From the NCBI GenBank assembly GCA_963785725.1, contig CAWAWS010000006.1:64001-128000 (forward strand): a stretch of 64,000 nt of DNA, written 5' to 3'. This DNA is from an uncultured delta proteobacterium (GTDB lineage Bacteria > Myxococcota_A > Polyangia > Palsa-1104). The number at the start of each line of letters is the position of its first letter. Position 1 is the first letter of the stretch. The translations under genes and the position numbers were made by a program. Positions 24,532 through 34,295 of the stretch are shown piece by piece. The notes under the pieces are model-generated. The model was not told where the DNA came from. It saw nothing but the letters and a program-made list of their open reading frames with translations, and searched no databases.

Positions 24532-25538
24532 TCCCGCCTGTTCTTCCCGCTCTTGGGTCGCACGAAATAATCCCAGACGACGCGCGTGAGGTCGGCGATG
24601 AGCCGCTCTTTGGCGGCCGTCGGACCGCCGGCGTCGCTGACGTAAACCGCGAGCGCGACGTGCTCGCCCGACGGCAGCGTGATGACGCCGACGTCGTTGA
24701 CGCAGGCCGCTTCGGCGTCGCCGATGCCGTCGCAGGTGCCGGTGCGATCGGCCACGGCGACGCCGGCCGGCACACCCGCGCGGATGCGTCCGCGGCCGCT
24801 CCGATTGCGCGCCAGCTCCTGTCGCAGGAAGTCCAGCGCCGCCGCGCTCAGCAGATCTTGGCGCCACAGCCGTTCGATGATCTTCGTCATCATGAGCGGC
24901 TGCCCGTGATCGCGCGGATCGCGCAGGAACGCCGCCAGCGCCCGCTGATGCTGCAGGACGCGCACGTTCTGCTTCAGCACGATCAGCTTGCGCGGATCGC
25001 GATCGTCGGGCGCCGGGTAGGGCAGGCCATGCGCGTCGAGGCTCATCTCGGTCTCGTCGCGATCGATCGAAATGCCGGTGAAGCCGAGCGCCGTCAGCGT
25101 CGCTTGCACGCGCGCCGCCCCGCCGCACAGTCGCATGAGCGCATTGGCGGCGCTGTTGTCGCTCTCCTCCAGCATCACCGTCACGAGCTCGCGCAGTGTC
25201 GACGAGCCGCCCATCGGCAAGCGGTCGTTCAGCGCGCTCGGGCCGGGCCACAGATCGCGCACTTCGACACGGACCTGGCTGTCGAGCCCGGGCAGCAGCT
25301 GCTGGTCGACGAGGCGCATGACGACGATCGCCAGCGGCAGCTTGAACGTGCTCGCCAGCGGAAACGAGCGCGTCGCGTTCAGCCCCGCCGTCTCGTGCCG
25401 CTCGAGCTGCTCGACGTAGATGCCGACCGACGAGGGCGCGCCTTTGACGATCGCCTTCAGCTGGTCATCGAGCGGCGACGCGAGCGCCGAGTTCGCCAGC
25501 AGGACGAGCGCGCCCGCCGTGAGCGCGATGCGCAGCAT
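24528..25538 (-). CDS. Class A beta-lactamase / serine hydrolase
   Basis: Signal peptide, STFK (SxxK), SDN, DRDE, DRTG. Confidence 0.85.
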   Translation of the reverse strand: MLRIALTAGALVLLANSALASPLDDQLKAIVKGAPSSVGIYVEQLERHETAGLNATRSFPLASTFKLPLAIVVMRLVDQQLLPGLDSQVRVEVRDLWPGPSALNDRLPMGGSSTLRELVTVMLEESDNSAANALMRLCGGAARVQATLTALGFTGISIDRDETEMSLDAHGLPYPAPDDRDPRKLIVLKQNVRVLQHQRALAAFLRDPRDHGQPLMMTKIIERLWRQDLLSAAALDFLRQELARNRSGRGRIRAGVPAGVAVADRTGTCDGIGDAEAACVNDVGVITLPSGEHVALAVYVSDAGGPTAAKERLIADLTRVVWDYFVRPKSGKNRRD

Positions 25539-25547
25539 GGGCGCTCC

Positions 25548-26456
25548 TCAGCGCGCCATCGAGCCGACGTAATTGCGGCCGGTGTCGGGCAAGATGACGA
25601 CGACGCGCGCGCCCGGCTGCCAGCCGCCGTCCTTGGCGTAGGCGAGCGCGCCGGCGAGCGCGGCGCCGGCCGAGCCACCGGCGAGGATGCCCTCTTCGCG
25701 CGCCAGCCGCGCCATCGCCACCAACGAATGCATGTCGAGCACCGCGCGCTGCGCGTCGAGCTCCGGGCAGGCGAACGACGCCGGCGGACCATCGGGCGCG
25801 ATGCCCTCGAGCTTCGACTCGCCGCCCTCGTCCCCGACGGGAATCACGCGCAGTAAGCGCAGCTCGGGGTTGCGCTCGCGCAGCGCGCGGCCGATGCCGG
25901 CGAGCGTGCCGCCGGTGCCGCAGGCGGCGACGAGCGCGTCGACCCGGCCCTCGAGATCGTCCCAAATCTCGCGCGCCGTCGTCAGGCCATGCGACTCGGG
26001 ATTGTCGGGGTTGTGAAATTGATCGGGACGAAACGCCCGTCGCTCACGCGCCAACGCTTCGGCGACCTCGATGTAGTCTTCCTCAGGCGTGCACACGCGG
26101 ATCTCGGCGCCGAGCGTGCGCACGACGGCCAGCTTGTCCGGCGACGTCCCGTTGGGCACGACGACGATACAGCGATAGCCGCGCACCGCCGCCACCATCG
26201 CCAAGCCGACGCCGGTGTTACCCGCCGACGCCTCGACGATCGTGCCGCCCGGACGCAAGAGGCCGCGCCTCTCGGCCATGTCGCACAAGTGCAGCGCCAG
26301 TCGATCCTTCGACGAGCCGCCTGGATTGCACGCCTCTACCTTTCCATACAGCTCGACCGGTAGCTCACGTCCGACGCGACCGAGACGGACCAGCGGTGTC
26401 CGCCCGATGGCGTCGAGGATCGACGAGTAGTGCGCCACGTCTTGATGCTCGCGCAC
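25548..26456 (-). CDS. PLP-dependent cysteine synthase / cystathionine beta-synthase family
   Basis: IGRTPLV, NPGGSSKDR, SAGNTG, GTGGT, PDTGRNY. Confidence 0.88.
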   Translation of the reverse strand: MREHQDVAHYSSILDAIGRTPLVRLGRVGRELPVELYGKVEACNPGGSSKDRLALHLCDMAERRGLLRPGGTIVEASAGNTGVGLAMVAAVRGYRCIVVVPNGTSPDKLAVVRTLGAEIRVCTPEEDYIEVAEALARERRAFRPDQFHNPDNPESHGLTTAREIWDDLEGRVDALVAACGTGGTLAGIGRALRERNPELRLLRVIPVGDEGGESKLEGIAPDGPPASFACPELDAQRAVLDMHSLVAMARLAREEGILAGGSAGAALAGALAYAKDGGWQPGARVVVILPDTGRNYVGSMAR

Positions 26457-26686
26457 GCCGTCTCGTTACGCAAGCCTCCGCCTCACGGCGCGACGAAGCG
26501 CGAGCCTCGCCGGACTTCACGCTCGCATGCGGTGACGTTGCGGCTGCCGGCCGATCGTGCGTCGCGCGGCGCTCAGTCGATCGCGCGTGTGGCGTCCTTG
26601 CTGATGCGCTCGCGATGTTTCGGCCAAGTTGCCTCACACGATAAAATCGCCGATCGAGAAATCGGGCACTTGCGTTCGACTACGCG

Positions 26687-26703
26687 CGGGCACGACGTCT
26701 GCA
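26687..26703 (+). promoter_or_regulatory. Possible sigma54 promoter of the small secreted protein gene
   Basis: CGGGCACGACGTCTGCA (GG-N10-GC), overlapped by the palindrome CGACGTCT-N4-AGACGTCG. Confidence 0.5.
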
Positions 26704-26763
26704 GAGACGTCGCTCGCTTTCTAACGCACCAAACTGCACCACACCCAAAACGGAGATACTCCC

Positions 26764-26949
26764 ATGAAGAAGACTCTGCTCGGTTTCGTTGCCGCCGCCA
26801 CGCTCCTCTCGTTCGCCGCCCCGGTCTTCGCGGCTGACGACGCCGCCCCCGCCGAGAAGCCGGCCAAGAAGAGCAAGAAGAAGGGCAAGAAGGGCGATGA
26901 CGCCGCCCCGGCCGCCGACGGCGCCGCTGCCGACGCCCCCAAGAAGTAA
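26764..26949 (+). CDS. Small secreted Lys/Ala-rich protein
   Basis: GGAG SD, signal peptide, strongly biased codons, own terminator. Confidence 0.8.
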   Translation: MKKTLLGFVAAATLLSFAAPVFAADDAAPAEKPAKKSKKKGKKGDDAAPAADGAAADAPKK

Positions 26950-26967
26950 TTTTCTTTCACGTTTTCG

Positions 26968-27008
26968 GAAACCCCCTCACGGCTCGTCCGTGTGGGGGTT
27001 TTCTTTTT
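26968..27008 (+). terminator. Rho-independent terminator
   Basis: AAACCCCCTCACGG / CCGTGTGGGGGTTT stem followed by a T-rich tract. Confidence 0.8.
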
Positions 27009-27017
27009 CCGGACTAC

Positions 27018-27290
27018 TTATTTATTCTTGCCGAGTCGGCCGAACATGATGCTGACGATGATGAGGGCGACGCCGGCGACGCGCAGCGCCGAGTTTCCGG
27101 CCGGCCCGAGCGTGCGCCGCCACGACGGCAAGACGTAAGACAGCGCCAGCGCCGCCAGCAGCGCGACGCCGAGCGCCGTCGACAGCCGCGCCGCCAGCCG
27201 AAAGCGGGCCTCGTCGCTGCCGAGAAACGACCTGCCCGGCGTACGCTGTACGCGCAGTCGCTTCTTGCGCTTCTTTCGCGGGCTCGTCAT
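27018..27290 (-). CDS. Small membrane protein
   Basis: Basic N-terminus and two hydrophobic helices. Confidence 0.55.
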   Translation of the reverse strand: MTSPRKKRKKRLRVQRTPGRSFLGSDEARFRLAARLSTALGVALLAALALSYVLPSWRRTLGPAGNSALRVAGVALIIVSIMFGRLGKNK

Positions 27291-27310
27291 CGGCGCTACT
27301 GCCGCAGATG

Positions 27311-27892
27311 CTACGCGTTGTCGTCGAGCAGAGCCAGGAGCTGATGCACCATGCGCGCGGTCGCGCCCCAAATACGGTGCGGCTCCCAGCGATATTCGTG
27401 CATGTCGTAGGTGATGCCGAGGAACGTCCGCGAGCCGTTGGCCGAATAACGCCGCGGATCTGCCAGCTCCGCCACCTCGGTGTAGAAAATGCTCGCCACC
27501 TCGCCCGGGCTCGGCGTCAGCATCAACGGCCCGCGCAGCCGCGCCACGACGGGCGTGATGACGAAGCGCGTCGGCGTCGGCACGTCGTCGAGCTGGCCGA
27601 GCACTTCGACGTCGGTCGGCGCCACGCCCAATTCCTCACTGGTTTCACGCACCGCCGTCGCCGCCGAGTCGGTGTCGCCGTCGTCGCGCTTGCCGCCGGG
27701 GAAGGCGATCTGACCCGCGTGCGTCGACAGATCGTGGCGCCGCTCGGTGAACAGCAGCCGATCGGGCTTGCCCGCTTCGGTCACGAGCGGCACGAGCACG
27801 GCCGCGGGCGCGAAGCCATCCAGCGTCAGCTGCAGCCGCGGTCGCGCCAAGAGCCTCGTTCGCAGCCGGTCGGGATCGAAGGTCGTCGTCAT
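27311..27892 (-). CDS. Nudix CoA pyrophosphatase
   Basis: AAVLVPL, HAGQIAFPGG, RETSEELG, IWGATA. Confidence 0.9.
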   Translation of the reverse strand: MTTTFDPDRLRTRLLARPRLQLTLDGFAPAAVLVPLVTEAGKPDRLLFTERRHDLSTHAGQIAFPGGKRDDGDTDSAATAVRETSEELGVAPTDVEVLGQLDDVPTPTRFVITPVVARLRGPLMLTPSPGEVASIFYTEVAELADPRRYSANGSRTFLGITYDMHEYRWEPHRIWGATARMVHQLLALLDDNA

Positions 27893-29268
27893 GGCTGTTC
27901 CGCCGGGATCATCTTGCCCGGGTTCAGCAGATCATCGGGATCGAAGACGCGCTTTAACTGCCGCTGAATCCGCAGCAGCGACGGCGCTTGCTCCCACGGC
28001 ACGTACTTCATCTTCAGTAGGCCCACGCCGTGCTCGCCGGCCAGCGAGCCGCGCAGCGCCAACGTCGCGCGCATGATGGCGTCGATGGCGGCGTGCGCGC
28101 GGTCGGGCACGAGCTCGTCGTCGACGAGCAGGTTGATGTGCAAGTTGCCGTCGCCGGCATGGCCGTAGGTGGCGATAGGCACGTTGGCGTCGGCGGCAAT
28201 GGCGTCGATGCGGCGCAACATCTCGGGGATCGCGCCGCGCGGTACGACGACATCTTCCGCCAGCTTGTGCCGATGCGCCTCTTTCAGCGACGGATTGGCC
28301 CGCCGTCGCGTGTCCCACAAGGCGCGCCGCTGCGCTTCGTCCTGCGCGACGGTGACGTCGAGCGCGCCCGCCTCTTCGCAGGCCTGCGCACAACGCAAGA
28401 GCGCGGCGTCCAAGCCCTCGGGCTCGCCGTCGAGCTCGCACAACAGCGCCGCGCCGGCGTCGACGGGAAAACGATAAGGCGCGCGCGGCCGTAAGTGTTC
28501 GATGGTCGCGCGATCGAGCAGCTCGAGCGCCCGCGGTCGCGCGCCCAAGTGGATCGCGCGCGTCACGGCGTTGCCCGCGGCGAAGGGATCGGCGAACGTC
28601 GCCAAGAGCGTCGCGACCGCCGGCGGCTTCGGCAGCAGCTTCAAGGTCAGCTCGGTGGCGACGGCGAACGTGCCTTCGGAGCCGACGACGGCCGCGGTCA
28701 CGTCGTAGCCGACGACGCCTTTTTGCGTCCGCCGTCCCGCGCGCAAGACCTCGCCGCCCATGCGCACGCACTCCATGCCGAGCACGTACTCGCGCGTGAC
28801 GCCGTACTTGAACGCGCGCGGCCCACCGGCGTTCTCGGCTACGTTGCCGCCGAGCGTGCATGACGCCAGCGACGCCGGATCGGGCGGGTAAAAGAGGCCG
28901 GCCGCTTCCACCGCCGCCTGCAGGTCGCCGGTCACGACTCCAGGTTCCACCACGGCGACGAGATCGTCGGTATCGATCTCGTAAATCTTCGTCATCGGCT
29001 CGGTGGACAGGACGATCCCACCGCGCGCGGGCAGGCAGCCGCCGGTCATGCCCGTGCCGGCGCCGCGCGGCGTGACCGGCAGGCGATGCTCGCGCGCCAA
29101 CGTCAGGACGAGCTCGACGTCGGCGCGCGTCTCCGCCAGCACGGCGCACTCGGCCGGAAACCGGCCGAGGCCCGATTCGTCGACGAGAAAGCGCTCGAGC
29201 CGCTCGTCGTCGCGGATGACTTTGTGGGGACCGAGCTCTCTAGCCAGCAGCTCGAAGACGTCGATCAA
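27889..29268 (-). CDS. glcD: FAD-linked oxidase, GlcD / D-lactate dehydrogenase family
   Basis: RGAGTG, YPPDPAS, ENAGG, GSEGT, HAGDGNLH, GEHGVG, LNPGK; TTG start inferred. Confidence 0.85.
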   Translation of the reverse strand: MIDVFELLARELGPHKVIRDDERLERFLVDESGLGRFPAECAVLAETRADVELVLTLAREHRLPVTPRGAGTGMTGGCLPARGGIVLSTEPMTKIYEIDTDDLVAVVEPGVVTGDLQAAVEAAGLFYPPDPASLASCTLGGNVAENAGGPRAFKYGVTREYVLGMECVRMGGEVLRAGRRTQKGVVGYDVTAAVVGSEGTFAVATELTLKLLPKPPAVATLLATFADPFAAGNAVTRAIHLGARPRALELLDRATIEHLRPRAPYRFPVDAGAALLCELDGEPEGLDAALLRCAQACEEAGALDVTVAQDEAQRRALWDTRRRANPSLKEAHRHKLAEDVVVPRGAIPEMLRRIDAIAADANVPIATYGHAGDGNLHINLLVDDELVPDRAHAAIDAIMRATLALRGSLAGEHGVGLLKMKYVPWEQAPSLLRIQRQLKRVFDPDDLLNPGKMIPAEQP

Positions 29269-29284
29269 AGGCCGGGCAGCTACC

Positions 29285-29656
29285 TTACGTGCTGAAGCTC
29301 GAGCCGCAGCCGCACGTCGACTTGACGTTCGGGTTCGAGAACTTGAAGCCCGCGCCCTGCAAACCCTCGACATAGTCAACCTGGGTGCCGGCGAGGTACT
29401 GCAGCGACATCTGATCGACCACGAGCTTGACGCCGTGCGAATCGAACACGCGGTCCATCTCGGTGACCTGATCGAAGTAGAGGTCGTACGCGAAGCCCGA
29501 GCAGCCGCCACCGACCACGCGCAGGCGCAGGCCGTAGTTGGCCTCGATCGCTTCCGCCGCCTGAATTTCGCGCACCTTCTCGGCTGCCTTCTCGGTCAAT
29601 CCGAGCATCGGCTCGTCGTCGGTGGTAATCGTCGGCTGCTGAACCTGAGTGTCCAT
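29285..29656 (-). CDS. erpA: A-type Fe-S carrier (ErpA/IscA/HesB)
   Basis: GGGCSG...FKFSNPNVKSTCGCGSSF. Confidence 0.88.
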   Translation of the reverse strand: MDTQVQQPTITTDDEPMLGLTEKAAEKVREIQAAEAIEANYGLRLRVVGGGCSGFAYDLYFDQVTEMDRVFDSHGVKLVVDQMSLQYLAGTQVDYVEGLQGAGFKFSNPNVKSTCGCGSSFST

Positions 29657-29673
29657 TGCTTCTCCTTGTCGTT

Positions 29674-30189
29674 CTACGAATTCGCCGCGTTCACAGCCTG
29701 CCGACCCTTGGTCCACAGACGCTTGAGCCAGCCACGCTCGCTCTCCATTTTCTTCTGGATCGCGAGCAAACCTTCGATGAGCGCCTCCGGACGCGGCGGA
29801 CAACCGGGGACGTACACGTCGACAGGGATGACTTGATCGATGCCTTTGAGCACCGAATACGAGAGTTGAAAGAGGCCACCGCAGTTCGAGCAGCTGCCCA
29901 TCGACAGCACGTACTTCGGCTCGGCCATCTGGTCGTACAGCATCTTGATGCGCGTGGCCATCTTATAGGTGACCGTGCCGGCGACGATGATGAGGTCGGC
30001 GTGGCGCGGCGTGGCGCGCGGAGCCGAGCCGAAACGCTCGAGATCGCCGCGCGGACCGCCCGTTTGCATGAGCTCGATGGCGCAGCAAGCGGTCCCAAAG
30101 AGCAGATACCAGGTCGAATTCTTGCGGCCCCAGTTGAGGAGATCCTCGACTCGGGTGAGTAAAACGCCGCCTGTATCGCCTGTTTTCAT
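29674..30189 (-). CDS. nuoB: NADH-quinone oxidoreductase subunit B (stand-alone)
   Basis: [23 protein letters not shown]. Confidence 0.92.
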   Translation of the reverse strand: MKTGDTGGVLLTRVEDLLNWGRKNSTWYLLFGTACCAIELMQTGGPRGDLERFGSAPRATPRHADLIIVAGTVTYKMATRIKMLYDQMAEPKYVLSMGSCSNCGGLFQLSYSVLKGIDQVIPVDVYVPGCPPRPEALIEGLLAIQKKMESERGWLKRLWTKGRQAVNAANS

Positions 30190-30272
30190 CGGTCTACAGA
30201 TGGATGAGAGTCTGCAAGCCAAGTATTCGTTTCGCGAGCCGGGCTGTCAAGGACTGTGCTAAGAGAAATTTC

Positions 30273-30647
30273 GTGGGGAAACCGCTATTTATTTGGAAGA
30301 AGACCTGCTCGAATTGCCGCAAGGCGCGCGCCTTCTTGACCGATTTGGTCCCGGCCGGCACATTCGACGAGCGCGAGCTGAATTCGAGCCCTATGTCTAC
30401 GGAAGAGCTCGACTTGCTCATCGGACAGCATGACTACAAGCTGTTCTTGAACACGCGCAACGAGCTCTATCGCGAGCACAAGATGAAAGAGCGGCCGCCG
30501 ACGCGCGCCGAAGCCGTGAAGCTGATGGCGCGTCAGCCGAATCTCATCAAGCGGCCGCTCTTGGTGCGCGGCCAGCGCGTGGTTTACGGGTTCGACGAGG
30601 ACGAGTTCAAGGCGATCTTGGCCGCGGACCGAAAGACGAAGGATTGA
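30273..30647 (+). CDS. ArsC/Spx family protein
   Basis: CSNCRKA, PNLIKRPLL, GFD; GTG start inferred. Confidence 0.82.
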   Translation: MGKPLFIWKKTCSNCRKARAFLTDLVPAGTFDERELNSSPMSTEELDLLIGQHDYKLFLNTRNELYREHKMKERPPTRAEAVKLMARQPNLIKRPLLVRGQRVVYGFDEDEFKAILAADRKTKD

Positions 30648-30648
30648 G

Positions 30649-31809
30649 ATGCCGAATTTTCAGCAGTATTTGAAGCAGGTCAAATCGGAAATTCGTGAAG
30701 TCTCCGTCGACGAAGTGAACGCCCAAAAGACGGCGACGCCGGCGACGCTGATCGACGTGCGCGAGAACGACGAGTATGTCGACGGCTACATTCCGGGCGC
30801 GACCTGGATTCCGCGCGGCAAGCTCGAGCTGCGCATCGAAGACGTCGTGCCCGATCGCGACCAGGACATCGTCCTTTATTGCGCCGGCGGCAATCGCTCG
30901 GCGTTGGCGGCCAAGGCGTTGAAGGAGCTCGGCTACACCCACGTCTCGTCGCTGGCCGGCGGTTACGGCGCGTGGAAGAAGGCGAACCTGCCGACGACCA
31001 AGCCGTTCATCTTCACGCCCGAGCAGAAGTCGCGTTATTCGCGCCATTTGATGCTGCCCGAAGTCGGCGAAGTGGGACAGGCCAAGCTGCTGCAAGCGAA
31101 GGTTTTGCTGCTCGGCGCCGGCGGTCTGGGCGCGCCGGCGGCGTTGTACTTGGCGGCGGCGGGCGTCGGCACCATCGGTCTCGTCGACGACGACGTGGTC
31201 GACGAGTCGAACCTGCAGCGCCAGGTCATTCACAGCACGAAGACCGTAGGCATGCCCAAGGTCGAGTCGGCGAAGCTGACGATCAACGGGCTCAATCCCG
31301 ACGTCAAAGTGCGCACGCATCAGCTGCGCTTGTCGTCGGAGAACGTGCTCGACGTCATCAAAGACTACGATCTCATCGTCGACGGCACCGACAATTTCCA
31401 GACGCGCTATCTGTTGAACGACGCGTCGCTGATCCTGAAGAAGCCGGTGGTGAACGCGTCGATCTTCCAGTTCGAAGGTCAAGTGACGGTGTTCAAGCCG
31501 TTCGAAGGGCCGTGCTATCGCTGCTTGTATCCCGAGCCGCCGCCGCCGGGCATGGCGCCGTCGTGCAACGAAGCGGGCGTGCTCGGCGTGTTGCCGGGCG
31601 TCATCGGCGTCCTGCAGGCGACCGAAGCGGTGAAGCTGATCTTGGGCATCGGCAAGCCGCTCATCGGTCGGCTCATGCAGTATGACGCGATGAACATGAA
31701 GTTCCGCGAGTTCAAGCTGCCGCGCGATCCGAAGTGCGTCGTCTGCAGCGAGCCGGGCAAGAAGATCGAGCTCATCGACTACGAAGCCTTCTGCAGCATC
31801 GCGCGCTAG
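30649..31809 (+). CDS. moeZ: MoeZ/MoeB adenylyltransferase with N-terminal rhodanese
   Basis: Rhodanese YCAGGNRS, RYSRH, GAGGLG, SNLQRQ, CYRC, CVVC. Confidence 0.9.
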   Translation: MPNFQQYLKQVKSEIREVSVDEVNAQKTATPATLIDVRENDEYVDGYIPGATWIPRGKLELRIEDVVPDRDQDIVLYCAGGNRSALAAKALKELGYTHVSSLAGGYGAWKKANLPTTKPFIFTPEQKSRYSRHLMLPEVGEVGQAKLLQAKVLLLGAGGLGAPAALYLAAAGVGTIGLVDDDVVDESNLQRQVIHSTKTVGMPKVESAKLTINGLNPDVKVRTHQLRLSSENVLDVIKDYDLIVDGTDNFQTRYLLNDASLILKKPVVNASIFQFEGQVTVFKPFEGPCYRCLYPEPPPPGMAPSCNEAGVLGVLPGVIGVLQATEAVKLILGIGKPLIGRLMQYDAMNMKFREFKLPRDPKCVVCSEPGKKIELIDYEAFCSIAR

Positions 31810-31844
31810 CTCGCGTCTTTTTGGTAATCGTATAAAACGGTTCG

Positions 31845-33551
31845 ATGTTGCCGATTGCGGCGTCGCTGGCGGAGATCGCGCGGCTGGGCGAGCTTCTGCG
31901 TGCGTTCGCGGCCGCGGATGACGAAGGCTTCGGCGCGCTGTTCGACCCGCTGGCACCGCGGGTCGCCGTGGCCGGCGTCGCCGCGCGCTTCGCTCGGCCG
32001 CTCGCCGCCGCCGGCTTCGTCGACGGCGACGCCGACAGCTTACGCGGCCTGCATCGCATTCGTCGCATCGGCGCGCGGCTCTATGTCCTCGAGCTCGGCG
32101 ACGGCCCCGAATACGTGCAGGACGTGTGGCCCGAGACCGACGCGCTGCTGGCGCTGCTCGACGGCGCGCTGCCCGGCCGGCTGGCCGACGTCGGCACCGG
32201 CTCGGGCGTCATCGCCATCGAAGCGGCGGCGCGCGGTCACGACGTCGTGGCGACCGACCTGTTCGACTCGGCGCTGGCGCTGGCGCGCTTCAATGCCGCC
32301 CTCAACGGCGTCGCGCTCGCGCTCCATCGCGGCCATCTGTTCGCGCCGCTCGCCGATCGTCAGTTCGATCTCGTGCTGACGGCGCCGCACTACGGTCACG
32401 AGTTCGACCAGCTGCGGCTCGAGGTCCTGCGCGACGGACCGGCGCACGTCGCGCCCGGCGGCACGCTGGCGTTGGCGACGGCGCTCGAGTGGGAGAACGA
32501 CGGCCCGCTGGCGATCGCGCCGATTTTGCGGCGATTGAGCGGCTTTTCGGCGCGCGTCACGCCCATCGACAGCGACAACAAGCGCCACTGGTTCGCGCGC
32601 GCCGTCGGCGATGTGGCGCGTGTGCCGTCGCGGGCGCGCTTCGTCGTGACGTTGGCGCGCGAGCGCGAGCCGCGGCCGCTGACGGTGCAGCTGCCGCGCG
32701 ACATGCCGAGCACGACGATCGACCGTCCGCATGTCGCGCTGGCGCGGCTGCAGACGCGGCCGTTCGCCAAAGCCGCCGCCTGGGTCGTGTCGACCGCCGA
32801 CGACGTGGCCGCGCTGACGTCGCTGCTCGCGCAATTGGCCGCGCCCGAGCTGACGCTCGATGTGCCGTTGCCGGCGCTGCTCTACGATGCCTGCCGCTAT
32901 GGCGCGCGCCCGTGCGTGGCGCCGCGCGGGCAAGCCGCGGGCGCGATCCTCGACGGCGACGGCGGCGTGCGACCGTGCGCGCACGGCGAGCCGCTGGCGC
33001 GCGCCGAGGATTCGCTGGCCGCGCTCGTCGACCGACAGCGCGCCGCCGCCGTGGCCGCCGCCGCGCGCCGCGACTGCGCCGGCTGCAGCGCGCGTGACGT
33101 CTGCAGCCGCTGCCTCTTTCCCGCCGGCTTCGTCGACGATCGCGCCTATTGCGACTTCATTCGAGCCCAGCGCAACGGCTTGCCGCGTCTGCGCCGCCTC
33201 GTCGAGACCTTGGCGCGGCTCGATCGCGCCGGCATCGCGGCGCCGCTGACGATTCGGCGCTGGCCACGCCGCGCCTGGTCGGCGCCGGAGGCCGCCGGCG
33301 CGCTCGCAGACGATGTGGCCAGCGCGTGGAATCAGTCGGAATGCTGGCTCCTGACGCATGCTGGTGGTCATCACTTGTCGTGGCTGCGCGCGGATGAATT
33401 GTGGGATACGGCCATCGACGACGACGCCGCACGCGTCGGTGCCGCCGTCGCCGACGACACGCTGACGACCCATGACGACGCCCCCAACGCGCTGCCCCGC
33501 GCGACCATCGATCGGGCCTTGCGACGACTGGCGGCACTGCTGCTCGTCTAA
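31845..33551 (+). CDS. SAM methyltransferase fused to a SPASM-like Cys domain
   Basis: DVGTGSG motif I, TAPHY; C..DGGVRPC..CAGCSARDVCSRC..YC. Confidence 0.7.
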   Translation: MLPIAASLAEIARLGELLRAFAAADDEGFGALFDPLAPRVAVAGVAARFARPLAAAGFVDGDADSLRGLHRIRRIGARLYVLELGDGPEYVQDVWPETDALLALLDGALPGRLADVGTGSGVIAIEAAARGHDVVATDLFDSALALARFNAALNGVALALHRGHLFAPLADRQFDLVLTAPHYGHEFDQLRLEVLRDGPAHVAPGGTLALATALEWENDGPLAIAPILRRLSGFSARVTPIDSDNKRHWFARAVGDVARVPSRARFVVTLAREREPRPLTVQLPRDMPSTTIDRPHVALARLQTRPFAKAAAWVVSTADDVAALTSLLAQLAAPELTLDVPLPALLYDACRYGARPCVAPRGQAAGAILDGDGGVRPCAHGEPLARAEDSLAALVDRQRAAAVAAAARRDCAGCSARDVCSRCLFPAGFVDDRAYCDFIRAQRNGLPRLRRLVETLARLDRAGIAAPLTIRRWPRRAWSAPEAAGALADDVASAWNQSECWLLTHAGGHHLSWLRADELWDTAIDDDAARVGAAVADDTLTTHDDAPNALPRATIDRALRRLAALLLV

Positions 33552-33704
33552 TCCGCTATCCAGACGTAGCCGGACATGGCACGCGTAGATTCTGCTCTGC
33601 AATCATTTGCCTGCGACGAAATGCCGCATCTGCGCGTGACTCCGATACTTGTTAGGCCGTTTGCTTTGCTGATACTGTCGATTGGCGGGAGGTGGATTTT
33701 TAGC

Positions 33705-34295
33705 GTGCTGGACATGGTGGACGTCTCGCTGATCAGGGGCGCCGCGGATGGCGACAGAGACTGCCTCGCCGGGCTCTACGATCGCTATTCGCCCGCACTC
33801 TTGGCGATCGGTCGGCGCATTCTCGGCGATCGCCGCGAGGCTGAAGATCTGCTGCACGACGTCTTCCTCGAGGTCTGGCGGCAGGCGAGCGATTACGACG
33901 AGACGCGGGGCTCGGTGCGTGCCTGGCTCCTCATGCGCATGCGCAGCCGCGCGCTCGATCGTCGCAAGGCGGCCGTCTTCTCGCGCCGCGCCGATCTGCC
34001 GCCGGGCGACAGCGTGGCCGAGCCGCCGTCGAGCGAAGATCCGGCGCTGGGTGCCGATCGCGACGCCGTTCGTCGCGCGCTGGCGTCGCTGCCCAGCGAC
34101 CAGCGCCTCGTGCTCGAATTGGGCTACTTCGAAGGGCTGTCGTCGTCGGAGATCGCCGAGCGGGTCAGCGCGCCCATCGGCACGGTCAAGTCGCGGGTCG
34201 CGGCGGCGCTGTCGAAGCTGCGCGCGGGCATCGTCGGCGAGCCGCCACGTGCGCTCGCCGAGAAGGGCAGCGGTGCCGTGAGGGCACGGGAATGA
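33705..34295 (+). CDS. ECF sigma factor (SigK/RpoE-like)
   Basis: AEDLLHDVFLEVW, RSRALDRRK, GLSSSEIAE..GTVKSR. Confidence 0.9.
   Translation: MLDMVDVSLIRGAADGDRDCLAGLYDRYSPALLAIGRRILGDRREAEDLLHDVFLEVWRQASDYDETRGSVRAWLLMRMRSRALDRRKAAVFSRRADLPPGDSVAEPPSSEDPALGADRDAVRRALASLPSDQRLVLELGYFEGLSSSEIAERVSAPIGTVKSRVAAALSKLRAGIVGEPPRALAEKGSGAVRARE

Noticed and set aside
26460..26680. Riboswitch upstream of cysteine synthase
   Set aside because: No recognisable SAM or other aptamer consensus by eye; an Rfam scan would settle it
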